Origin: an uncultured Hormoscilla sp. | GTDB lineage: Bacteria; Cyanobacteriota; Cyanobacteriia; Cyanobacteriales; Desertifilaceae | Direction of reading: 5' to 3' | Assembly (NCBI GenBank): GCA_963921275.4 | Contig: OZ001293.3 | Coordinates: 3,104,001-3,168,000 of the forward strand | Length of the DNA: 64,000 nucleotides | Part shown: piece by piece, positions 22,778 to 32,694 of the stretch | Numbering within the stretch: the stretch's first letter is position 1 | Layout: each line of letters starts with the position of its first letter | Notes under the pieces: generated by a model | The model's database searches: none | What the model was told of the DNA's origin: nothing | The model's input: the letters and a program-made list of their open reading frames with translations, nothing else | Position numbers and translations under genes: made by a program

Positions 22778-24700
22778 TTAGTCGTGAGGACTAATCAGTT
22801 GATGGGCAGGCTGGATATTTATTGATGGTTTTTCCGGCTCCCGATGGGGGAACTTTTCGATCAGCTTCAAGTGGGCGTCCAGTAGATTTTGGATGGGGGT
22901 GACTGTCCAGAGATAAGGGTACAGCTCGCCGTACTTCTCTCCAGGATCCCGCATCACGTTGAAAGCCTCCATTTCTGGCAAGCCACCAGAACTCTCCCCT
23001 GAGGGAAAAAACTTGAAGTCTTCATAGCGGATAGCTCCTACTTCCGAGCCATTGTAGTGGAACATATAGTTCCGGTGAGAATGCCCTTCACCCAACAGTA
23101 ACAGTGCCGTCTGGTCTACACCGTCGGTCACGCGATCGTTGGGGATGTTGTCCAGAGCCCCTCCGATCCTTGCTGCTGTGGTGTAGAGGTCGGTGAGATG
23201 GATGAAGTCAATCGGATCTTGATTGGGTTCGATCGTTCCCGGCCACCAAGCCATAGCGGGTACGCGAACTCCGCCCTCTAGCACATCTCCTTTACCACCT
23301 TGCAGCCAAGTGTATCCGGCGGTCGGCCAAAAGCCATACATGGGACCGTTATCACTCCACCAAACCACCAGCGTATTCCTTTCTATCCCTGCGTCTTTAA
23401 GGGCTTGCAAAAGCTGGCCCACATGCTTGTTGTGCATGGCCATAAAGGAGGCTTGAACATTGACGGGATCGACATAATCATCTTCCTGATGCTGCGCGGA
23501 ACCTGACAGTTGTTGCGCGTAGCTCGCCCAGTAGATGAAGAAAGGTTTATCGCCGTTGCCCTTTTCCTCGATATAATCTGTTATCCCCTTAATGGATCGT
23601 TCCTCAAATGCTTCTTGCCGTTTGGGTCCGAGAGTGCCTGCCAGTCCCCGAACTGCATGACGCTCTGTATCTCCATCATCTTTGTTGAACTGAAAAGCAG
23701 CCGGATCCAACTTAATTCCGGTTAATGCCGTATATTCTTCATCACCGGGGTAATCGTAAAACGGCGGCAAGATCGTGCTGGGTGCTTTAGCACCTTTCAG
23801 TTCGTCTTCGAGGTCTCCTGGAAGGGCATTCCCCAGTTTGGGCAGATTGGGAAATTTATTCAACAATCCGTAGGGGGTGGTGTTTTCAATGAACTCTGCA
23901 CTGGCATCCCACATATCTGGAGCCCCATTCCACAATCCGTAGTAGGTGCGATCGAACCCTTGCTTTTCCGGTGCCTGCCATGGCATCTCTCCCAGGTGCC
24001 ACTTGCCCCACATGGCGGTGTCATAGCCTGCTTCAGAGAGCACTTCAGCCAGGGTCTTTTCATCTGGAGACAAGCCATCACTCTGTCCCGGCCACAATAC
24101 AGAGAGGAGACCCGTCCGTACTGGATGCCGTCCTGTCATGATCGCCACCCGGGAGGGGGTGCAGGAAGGCTCGGAGTAAGCATGAAAGAACCGCATACCC
24201 TCAGAGGCCATCTGGTCTAATTCGGCGGAAGGGGTACCTCGATGCTTGCCGCCTCCTTGCCAGCCCAGTTCCCCCCAACCGACATCGTCCGTCAGGATAT
24301 AGATAATATTGGGTTTTTTCCCAAACTCTGCTTCCAGTGCGTCCAGCTTGTCCTGAACATCATCTTTATAGTCTGCCCATTCTTCTGCCTTCCGTTGAGC
24401 CAGTTTACAGAAAGGGGCATCAAAGATTGGCCCTGGTGAATTGACTTCCACATCCATATCTACTGTCAATTCTTCTGGCTCTGTCTCTGGCTTCAGTTGA
24501 CTCAGTGTGCAGTAAGGACCATTAAAGATGATTGGATCTACTGTACTGACCGCTACGGCCCGATCTGCTGGCGAGAACAAAAGCATGACCATTGCTATGG
24601 CAATTGTGACCGCACTGGTAAATAGTTCCCGTCCTGCTGTCTGGATCGCTAAGCACGGGAGCCGCGGTATACTTCCGGCCTTGTTCCAAGATTTCATCAT
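22778..24700 (-). CDS. Exported arylsulfatase (Cys-type)
   Basis: PNIIYILTDDVG, SCTPSR (CxPxR), GKWHLG, SDNG, EGGVRVP; N-terminal signal/TM. Confidence 0.92.
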   Translation of the reverse strand: MMKSWNKAGSIPRLPCLAIQTAGRELFTSAVTIAIAMVMLLFSPADRAVAVSTVDPIIFNGPYCTLSQLKPETEPEELTVDMDVEVNSPGPIFDAPFCKLAQRKAEEWADYKDDVQDKLDALEAEFGKKPNIIYILTDDVGWGELGWQGGGKHRGTPSAELDQMASEGMRFFHAYSEPSCTPSRVAIMTGRHPVRTGLLSVLWPGQSDGLSPDEKTLAEVLSEAGYDTAMWGKWHLGEMPWQAPEKQGFDRTYYGLWNGAPDMWDASAEFIENTTPYGLLNKFPNLPKLGNALPGDLEDELKGAKAPSTILPPFYDYPGDEEYTALTGIKLDPAAFQFNKDDGDTERHAVRGLAGTLGPKRQEAFEERSIKGITDYIEEKGNGDKPFFIYWASYAQQLSGSAQHQEDDYVDPVNVQASFMAMHNKHVGQLLQALKDAGIERNTLVVWWSDNGPMYGFWPTAGYTWLQGGKGDVLEGGVRVPAMAWWPGTIEPNQDPIDFIHLTDLYTTAARIGGALDNIPNDRVTDGVDQTALLLLGEGHSHRNYMFHYNGSEVGAIRYEDFKFFPSGESSGGLPEMEAFNVMRDPGEKYGELYPYLWTVTPIQNLLDAHLKLIEKFPHREPEKPSINIQPAHQLISPHD

Positions 24701-24727
24701 CGTTACTCCTAAATCATTAATGTGTAC

Positions 24728-24981
24728 CTAGGGTGTGTCATCAATCAAATTGCTTGACAGAAATAGATGGATACGGTATGGAGTCCTTATCCAGCAATAA
24801 CAATCAAGAGGGCATGATATGAGACGCTATGGCTTGCGAGACGACCAGTGGGAACGGATCGAACACCTTTTACCTGGTAAGGAGGGTGACCCAGGCGCTA
24901 CAGATAAAACGGCTCGCAATTTCTTGGGTGCCATCTACCTCGCGGCAGCTGTAATATGGCTTAATTGATGACACGCCCTAG
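24728..24981 (+). mobile_element. Internally deleted IS5-family derivative (MITE)
   Basis: TIRs CTAGGGTGTGTCATCAAT / ATTGATGACACGCCCTAG; both ends match 28272-29150. Confidence 0.9.
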
Positions 24982-25040
24982 GGACTTGCAAAAAAAATAA
25001 AGTACCGGCTATAGCATATTAAATTGCTAGTCCCTTAGCT

Positions 25041-25237
25041 CAATAGTCCGGACAGTTCTGGTAACGTAGCTGTAAGGCTTACAGGGTAAGTCTTTGCTCG
25101 ATAGAGCAATTTTTGGCAAGTTAGCCCTGGGGCTGACATTGAAAAAATAGCGCTGCGCGCCGCTGCGCGATAAGACAAGTAGGCTGCAACCCTTGCATTG
25201 TCGTCGTTCTGGAGTCAAAAAACTGTCCGGAGTATTG
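25041..25237. mobile_element. 197-bp MITE with 17-bp TIR and 6-bp TSD
   Basis: CAATAGTCCGGACAGTT / AACTGTCCGGAGTATTG; TTAGCT at 25035-25040 and 25238-25243; a lone end at 20832. Confidence 0.85.
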
Positions 25238-25468
25238 TTAGCTAGTTTGCCATTGAATGGCTAGCGTAATTCTATTTGCCTGTGATGTCAATGTCAACCC
25301 CCTAAATCAAAAATTTTTACTCCGAATATCTACTTATCATGGCCTCACTACAGGGATGGGCCAATTGCGCTCTGCCACCGTTCCGTTCCCACGGCTCTGC
25401 CTAGGAACGGGTGGAACTGGCGAGGCAAGCAAGGAGCGATCGCACTGTCCGCCGGACATCTTGCTATC

Positions 25469-26452
25469 TTAGGACCTACAAAGGATAGAGGCAATCGGAG
25501 TCTGGATATTCTCGGCACAGGCGCTAACCAAGTAATGGGTGACTGGCAAACTATCAATCACCATGGCAGTACAAAGTAGCATCATGTACAGGATGGAGTA
25601 TTTGAACAGGGATTTGGCCAAGGGTTTATCAGATGGATTTTGTAACAGCTGCCAGGCTTTTTTGAGAAAAATAGCGCCCAACAAGAGAGCGATCGCGCCA
25701 TAAACAAAACCAGAGGCACCCAAGGGATAAATCAGCAACAGGGAAACAGGCACCACTAACAGGGAGTAAAACCAGATTTGCACAGATGTAGACTCTTCAC
25801 CCTCGACTACAGGCAGCATCGGAATACCTACCTTAGCATAATCATCCTGAATCATCAACGCCAAAGCCCAGAAATGGGGAGGCGTCCACAGGAAAATCAG
25901 GGTAAACAGTAGCCAAGGGGTCCAACCCAGACCCCCGGTTACAGCAGCCCAACCTACCAGGGGCGGAATTGCACCAGCTGCACCGCCAATCACAATATTC
26001 TGGGTGCTATGACGTTTGAGCAAATGGGTGTAGACCAACATATAGAAGACTATACCAGACATGGCTAGTAAAGCCGCTAGCAAGTTGGCAAAAACAGTTA
26101 ACAGAGTAAAAGAAAGAAGTCCCAGAAGAATGGCAAAGATGAGGGCATTGCGCGGCTGTACTGTACCGGAAGGCAAAGGACGCTTGCGAGTGCGTTCCAT
26201 TGCATAGTCAATGTCGAGGTCGTAAATACAGTTAAGGGTTTGAGCAGATGCAGCTGCTAGGGTTCCCCCAGTCAGGGTCACCAACAGTAATATGGGGTCT
26301 ACCCTGCCGTCCGAGGCGATCCACATACTAGCAGCTGTGGTAATCAGTAGTAGCGGGATAATCCGAGGCTTTGTCAGCTGGTAGTAGCTGCGAATTGCTT
26401 CCAGAAAGTTCTGAGTGCGAGGGGATATATTCACCCCAATTAATTCTTGCAT
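25469..26452 (-). CDS. ctaB: Heme O synthase (protoheme IX farnesyltransferase)
   Basis: [43 protein letters not shown]. Confidence 0.96.
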   Translation of the reverse strand: MQELIGVNISPRTQNFLEAIRSYYQLTKPRIIPLLLITTAASMWIASDGRVDPILLLVTLTGGTLAAASAQTLNCIYDLDIDYAMERTRKRPLPSGTVQPRNALIFAILLGLLSFTLLTVFANLLAALLAMSGIVFYMLVYTHLLKRHSTQNIVIGGAAGAIPPLVGWAAVTGGLGWTPWLLFTLIFLWTPPHFWALALMIQDDYAKVGIPMLPVVEGEESTSVQIWFYSLLVVPVSLLLIYPLGASGFVYGAIALLLGAIFLKKAWQLLQNPSDKPLAKSLFKYSILYMMLLCTAMVIDSLPVTHYLVSACAENIQTPIASILCRS

Positions 26453-26493
26453 GGATTCCTTTGTTGAATAAACTTCTTCTAGTCGCCGTGGGA

Positions 26494-27441
26494 CTATCGT
26501 CCTGAGACTGCTGATTCCCTGTCCGGGACGATCGCTTGCTGGAGATCCCTATCTCTTATTCCCACCACCGTAAAGGCTACCAATGTCCCCAGCAATGCAG
26601 CACCAATGGCTTGGTGAGCAACTGTCAGGGGTTCTACTTGCAGATGTAACCAGAAGGTAGCAACTCCCAAAATTATCTGCACAACTAACAAGCCACCTGC
26701 ACAGGAAGCTAGACGCCTCAGCAGCGGATGTAATGCCGCCGTTTTTAAAGCTAGAATCACTAGGATCCCAGTTGTGAGGGTAGGGGGGACAACACCAGCA
26801 ATGTGGCTATGCATCACTGCACATAGCTGCTGATATCCAAAACATTGATGCAATGCCCACTGAGAGGCAACCAGTCCGCCTAATATACTTTGTAGATAAA
26901 CCAGAATTGCCCCAGTTAAGCCGATCCAAGTTAATTTCCCAGCGGCACCCGTACCTTGATAAGGTTCTAATGCCATGACGATCGCTATCAGGGTGGTGAA
27001 AAATAACAGAGCACATCCCAGATGTGCGGCGACGATATCAAACCTCAGCAGTTCGGTAACGGTGAGTCCTCCTAAGACTCCTTGGAAGATGACTAACCCT
27101 AGTGCGCCAGTAGAGGCCCAGGGGAGCCAGTTCGGTAGTTGCTGGCGATACCACCAGCATAATCCGACTAGGGCGATCGCCATCAATCCAATCAACCCCG
27201 CATCCAACCGGTGAAACCACTCCAGAAATACCTGAAGATTCATCTCCTGCGCCGGTACTAGCTTGCCGTAGCACAAGGGCCAATCTGGGCAGGCCAGACC
27301 CGCATTCATCACCCGCGTGGCACTCCCGATCGCCATCAGCAGCAGCGTCGCGATCGCCATTTTCCAGGTTAGGCCACGGATACGGTCTTTAATTTCCTCT
27401 GGTGACAAGCCAAGATTTTGAGGCAGTACTGACTCAATCAT
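26494..27441 (-). CDS. ctaA: Heme A synthase (COX15/CtaA)
   Basis: [18 protein letters not shown], conserved His residues. Confidence 0.95.
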   Translation of the reverse strand: MIESVLPQNLGLSPEEIKDRIRGLTWKMAIATLLLMAIGSATRVMNAGLACPDWPLCYGKLVPAQEMNLQVFLEWFHRLDAGLIGLMAIALVGLCWWYRQQLPNWLPWASTGALGLVIFQGVLGGLTVTELLRFDIVAAHLGCALLFFTTLIAIVMALEPYQGTGAAGKLTWIGLTGAILVYLQSILGGLVASQWALHQCFGYQQLCAVMHSHIAGVVPPTLTTGILVILALKTAALHPLLRRLASCAGGLLVVQIILGVATFWLHLQVEPLTVAHQAIGAALLGTLVAFTVVGIRDRDLQQAIVPDRESAVSGR

Positions 27442-28271
27442 ACCACTTTTCAGCTAAATTGTCAAGCTCTATCAAGTTACGAATGCGCGAGCGCTCACAT
27501 CCCTCTTTACTTTAATCAGGCTGTCTCTAGAAGCCAAAAGGCTTTGTAATTTCTTCCGATTTTGACAAATTGTTAAGTTATATTTCGTTTAATTATCATA
27601 AATTTAAGAAAATTAACAAATAACTGGCGATCGGGAAGCAGATGGCCGGGGAAAAATCGGAAAAAAGTATTAAAATAGGTAAAAATTACTCCCACAATAG
27701 GCGATCGTTGCTTTAGGGTAGTAGGTAAGTGACTGGGCCCTGGTTCTGGTAAGTCAAAGCCCGTTCGAGATTGCTTCGTTTCCTCGCAACGCTTCGTGCT
27801 TCCCAGGCGCGATTGGCGCCTAGAGAGTTGGTCAAGTAGAACCGACGCTCTAGCAGTTTTTAGTCTTGTGGTTGGTTTATACCCAGAACGGGATAGACTT
27901 GCGCTCTCGTTCCCACGGCTCTGCCTGGGAACGTGCGATTAAATGTGTCCGGAGCGAGGGGGTTTTTGCGAGATTACTGGATACTCACACGGAAAGTCCC
28001 CCGTAGCGCTACCGTAGCGCTACGAGGGGGTTTACTCCACCAGACACAAAGCTCTCTCAATTATCCCCCCCCAAGTATCACTTAACATGCTTGATATGAT
28101 GTATTATCACGCTATGTCAAGCGATACTTGCCTCGCAATGACATATGGCCCTAAGAACAAAGGGACCCTTCGGAATATAGGACTACTGTTGAAGATTGTT
28201 GAGGCGATCGCATATTATGGCAGGACTTACGCAGATATAATATATATATGGTAATAGGGTGATTTATTCTC

Positions 28272-29150
28272 CTAGGGCGTGTCATCAATTAAGCCATATT
28301 ACAGCTGCCGCTAGGTAGATGGCACCCAAGAAATTGCGAGCCGTTTTATCGTAGCGTGTCGCCAGAGCCCTGTATTGCTTGAGTTTTTGGAATAGATTTT
28401 CAATTAGATGCCGCCACTTGTACATTTCTTCATCGTATTCTCTGTGTTCTGTGCGGTTACTTTTTGGAGGAATGACAGCCATCCAATCCGCCTCTTTCAG
28501 GCGCTCGAGCACACGTTGTTCCGCATCATAGGCTTTATCTGCAAGCAGCGCGCCAATCTCACCGATTTTATCCAATAGCACGTCAGCGCCTTTCCCGTCG
28601 TGGGCTTGGCCAGGGGTAAGATGAAATCCTGTGGGATTGCCTTGGGCAATCGCAAGTGGCATGAATCTTTGTCGATAGTCCCCCTTTACTACGGCCTATG
28701 GCTTGGGTTTCGCACGTATCTGAGGGTGTTTTTTTTTGCACCCGCACGCTCGTTGATGGGCACGCAGGATGGTGGCATCAATCGCGGCGTATTCGTTATC
28801 GGCGTCTGAGGCCAAGACATCGAATACCTGCTTCCAAACTCCCTTTTCAGACCAACGGGTATGGCGGGTATGAACAACCCGAAAATCCCCAAAACACTCC
28901 GGTAAATCCCGCCAGGGAATGCCAGCACGATATCGATATAACACGGCAGAACACGAATAATCTATTGTTCTTGGCTGTAGCGCCTGGGTCACCCTCTTTA
29001 CCAGGTAAAAGGTGTTCGATCCGTTCCCACTGGTCGTCTCGCAAGCCATAGCGTCTCATATCATGCCCTCTTGATTGTTATTGCTGGATAAGGACTCCAT
29101 ACCGTATCCATCTACTTCTGTCAAGCAATTTGATTGATGACACACCCTAG
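28272..29150 (-). mobile_element. IS5-family element (IS427-type, DUF4096 + DDE), frameshifted
   Basis: TIRs with CTAG ends; [59 protein letters not shown]. Confidence 0.9.
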
Positions 29151-29197
29151 TTTCAGCCAACCTTTACGAATAGCGTATAGTAGCCGGTCGATAGCTG

Positions 29198-30407
29198 GGC
29201 ACTGGTTCCGCTGAACAGGATAGCCCAAAGGCTTGCCCTCTATGAATTATAGATGATCATAGAGAGGCTGAGACTTTTCCGGAATTGGAGGTGTGTTATG
29301 GAACTATTCTCGCAGTGTTGTCCCTGTTGTGGGAGTGAAGAGGTACAGCCTCTCACCACCCTCCCTGAGACTCAACACAACGGTAGCCGCACCATCCACC
29401 ATTGCCAGGCGTGTGACATTTACTACAGTGAAACCTTGGCCACTTAGCGGGTCTACGAACTCCCTGAAGTCGGATTATCCAAGTTCTCAAAGCCAGGAGT
29501 GAAGGGATGGGTCTCAATGCAGTTGCACGAACCTTTAACGTCTCCAAGAAAACTGTCATCGATTGGGAAGACCGTCTCGGGGAGTTCAAACCAGTTCTGA
29601 GGCTCTCTGCCTGGCTCCATCAGTTGATAGAATTGATGATTGAAGGAGATGAACTCTATACATTGGTGGAGAAAAATGAGCCGCCTGGCCTGAGTCAAGG
29701 GTGGACGATTGTTAGTCGGGATCTCCGGCCTCTTCCGCGTACTCTTGTCCTGAAGGACAAGAGTACGCGGAAGACACCGCCCAGTCGTTTTTTGTGGGAG
29801 TTGCACTGTGGCTCGAAAGACCAACAACTGTTGAAGCGAGCCTTAAATACTTTGGTTGAAGTGATTTCGCAAACCGAGGATCTTAGCCTGTTTACCGATG
29901 GGGAACGGCGTTATGGTAATTTGCTCTTTGACATTTGCCATGAGGTGATCCGAGATGGCAAACCCGGTCGTCCCCCCAAACCTCTGCCTAAAGGAATACG
30001 GGTCAGACTCAAGCATAAAGGAGCCAAGAAGCGAGTGGGTCGTCCTCGTAAGAAATATGAAGCTCCCGTGCCTGAGCATCCTCAGACAGAGACGAAAGTG
30101 GTAGAAAACGAGATTCATGCCAACCATGTTGAGGGATTCGATGCCTGAATGCGACGGCGAAATTCGGCTTTCCGTCGCCAAACCAACACCGATGCGAAGT
30201 CTCGTCAACATCTCCAAAGAACCCTGGATTTCTTCTGGGTCATCCACAACTTTGTACGGGTGCATTTCACGACTAAAGTTGTCCCTGCTGTCAAGTTAGG
30301 GCTCTTGGAAACCGGAATATCAAGGTCTCAATTATTTAGCATACGATCTGCTCTGTAATTCCCTAAATTCAGCAGCAAGACCCCAAACACTTAACGGAAC
30401 CAGTGCC
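29198..30407 (+). mobile_element. IS1-family element, degraded
   Basis: TIR GGCACTGGTTCCG / CGGAACCAGTGCC; CPCC zinc finger, EGDELYT, FTDGERRY, HANHVE; no TSD. Confidence 0.85.
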
Positions 30408-30773
30408 AGTTCAACTCATCTGGTAGAAATTGACTTACTCCGGAAAGGAGGAAGGATGGAAATTGTGCTGGATGCGATTAAAAGTGATTATCGGATTTTA
30501 GTCAGTCCCAGGAACAGATGACCTAAAGCTGATTTATATGCTTTTAATCTTCGAGAGGCAATTCCTGGTTTTCCTCTGCCTTTGCGCCCAGAAGATAGGG
30601 AACCGGTGCTGGATTTAAAGACTGTCATTGATGAGATATATGATAAAGGATATTACGATCGTATGCTAGATTACAGCCAAGACCCAGTACCAGCTTTATC
30701 AGAAACGGATGCAGTTTGGGCGGCTATTGCGCGATCGGGGTTTGCGGTGATGGGAGTTATGGATATGGTATGA
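30408..30773 (+). pseudogene. DUF4058 family C-terminal fragment
   Basis: STHLVEIDLLRKG, DYRILVS, ADLYAFNLR, LPLRPED.EPVLDL, Y.QDPVPALS. Confidence 0.7.
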
Positions 30774-30815
30774 TTGATATATGGAAAAATAAATTCCTAT
30801 ATGATGCCGCACAAC

Positions 30816-31753
30816 TATAGCATTTCTCAAAATGGTGAGGTACAGTAGCAACGTAAAAAAGTTGTATAGGTCTGACAAACTAACATTTTCAAAACCATCA
30901 GTAATTGCATGGTTATCGGTGGCATTTTTTTCTTATAGCAGCTGCGACCAAAAGTTCTCAATTGGAGAAAAATCGGGAGAATAAGGAGGTAGATAGACTA
31001 ACCGCGCACCTACTTGTTCAATAGCTGCTCTTATGGCTTTTCCATTATGTATTGTACATCGGTCCATGACCAGGCTCCTTTCCATAAACGAGGAACTAAA
31101 TGTCTAACTATAAAAGCTTCAAAAGTTAAGCTATCATAAGAACCTAAAATCTTGAATGAACTCACTACTCTCTTAAGACGATCCGACTATCAAAACGTTT
31201 TTTACTCGCTTACTTGGCTTACTTCCATGGGCTCTTTGCGTGTTAGGTTAACTCGTCCAAGACGATTAAGTCAAAAGGGTCTATTCTTTCTATTTCTTTC
31301 CAGTAGTCTACCCTTAATTTTTGGACTCTATCACTTCTTTTCTCTGTTGGATGTAACGCTTTTTTTGACGGTAAATCCCAACTTCTTTATCATCCTATCT
31401 ATTGTCGAACGGCTGACCACCGGTCTCTTTTTCAAGACTAGATTGATATTCTTCTAAGGTCCAGTCATTATTTTCCTTTACTAAATTATGAATAATTGCC
31501 AGTTCTTCATCCTTAAGTTTTCGTGGACGACCAGGACTTTTCTTAGGTAACAAATTGCCGCCGCTCCTGCTGGATGATTTTGGTAACAAAACTTAGAGCT
31601 ACCCTAAATCTGCTCGCCAGTTTTCTTTGTGATATATTCTCATTTTTATAGACCGATTTTTTTGCCTAGATCTACTGAATAGGGTTTCATGGCTTTCTCC
31701 TCCATATATTCTTGACTCTCTTATTGTACCTCATGTTTTTGAGAAATGCTATA
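30816..31753 (-). mobile_element. IS630-family element, heavily degraded
   Basis: TIR TATAGCATTTCTCAAAA..TGAGGTACA at both ends; MKPYSVDL start at 31690; YLPPYSPDFSPIEN motif. Confidence 0.85.
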
Positions 31754-32110
31754 AAATCGTTGTTCATCAGCTGCCAAAAAAACAGAAACCCTCTGGTTAA
31801 GGTTGCTGGGTCGGTAAAGCGTACAGAAACAAGCGATCAATGAACTAGAACTTAGTTGAGTAGAACAAATTTTGGCTAACATAATGAGGGTCGGAGGGAG
31901 GGAGAGGGAGAAGGGGAGACGAGAAGATGTTGATTTGACTTTGATTCACAGATGTTTTAATTTGTCAAGTATTATGAATGAACTGATGCTCTACTGCAAT
32001 TTTCCCGTGAAGAACTTGTGGGTCAATTTCGCCCACAACACTATAATTGTGAATTGTCAATTGCCATTAGCAATTAGGGCAAGCTTGGCTCATTAGTTAT
32101 TGATAATTAA

Positions 32111-32569
32111 CTAATTAAATTCCCGGCGGTGAATCTTATCTTCAAGAGCATTAATATTTTGATTTAACTCCCGGGTCCGACGAGACAGCATGCGAATGAT
32201 ATTTATGGCAATTCCTGGGGTCTCCTCGATCGCGTCATAAAGTTGCTGCTGAGTTAGCATCAGACATTCGCTGGGTTCAATAGTGGTCACCGAAGCCGAA
32301 CGAGGTTCAGCATCAAACAGGGACATCTCGCAAAAAGGCGCTCCCTCAGATAGTTGCGCCACATCCCGATCGCCTATATGCACCCGTACTCTACCTTTTA
32401 CCACAATATAGAGAGAGCGCCCTTCCTGCCCTTGTGTAAAAATACTATGCTTCGCCGGAAAAGACAGCTCATCCATAATCGAAGCGACGCGCACGAGAAA
32501 ATCATCCCGCAACTCCTTAAAGATGAGCACTCCCCGGACGAACAGAAGGCGGTCAACACTGGTAAGCAT
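32111..32569 (-). CDS. Cyclic nucleotide-binding (CAP_ED) domain protein
   Basis: IFTQGQEGRSLYIVVKGRV, EMSLFDAEPRSASV. Confidence 0.88.
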   Translation of the reverse strand: MLTSVDRLLFVRGVLIFKELRDDFLVRVASIMDELSFPAKHSIFTQGQEGRSLYIVVKGRVRVHIGDRDVAQLSEGAPFCEMSLFDAEPRSASVTTIEPSECLMLTQQQLYDAIEETPGIAINIIRMLSRRTRELNQNINALEDKIHRREFN

Positions 32570-32694
32570 GTACCTATACTTTTATCTGATAATCATTATA
32601 TTTCCCTCTTAAATGGTCAAAGAAACCCATCTAAGCAGTTAGCGCATAAGTTACATTGTATCGCCGAGGGTAAGAGGGCGCTACAACATTCTGC

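Noticed and set aside
5353..30773. Two DUF4058 halves as one gene split by inversion
   Set aside because: The family is multicopy, the middle is missing and there is no shared breakpoint element
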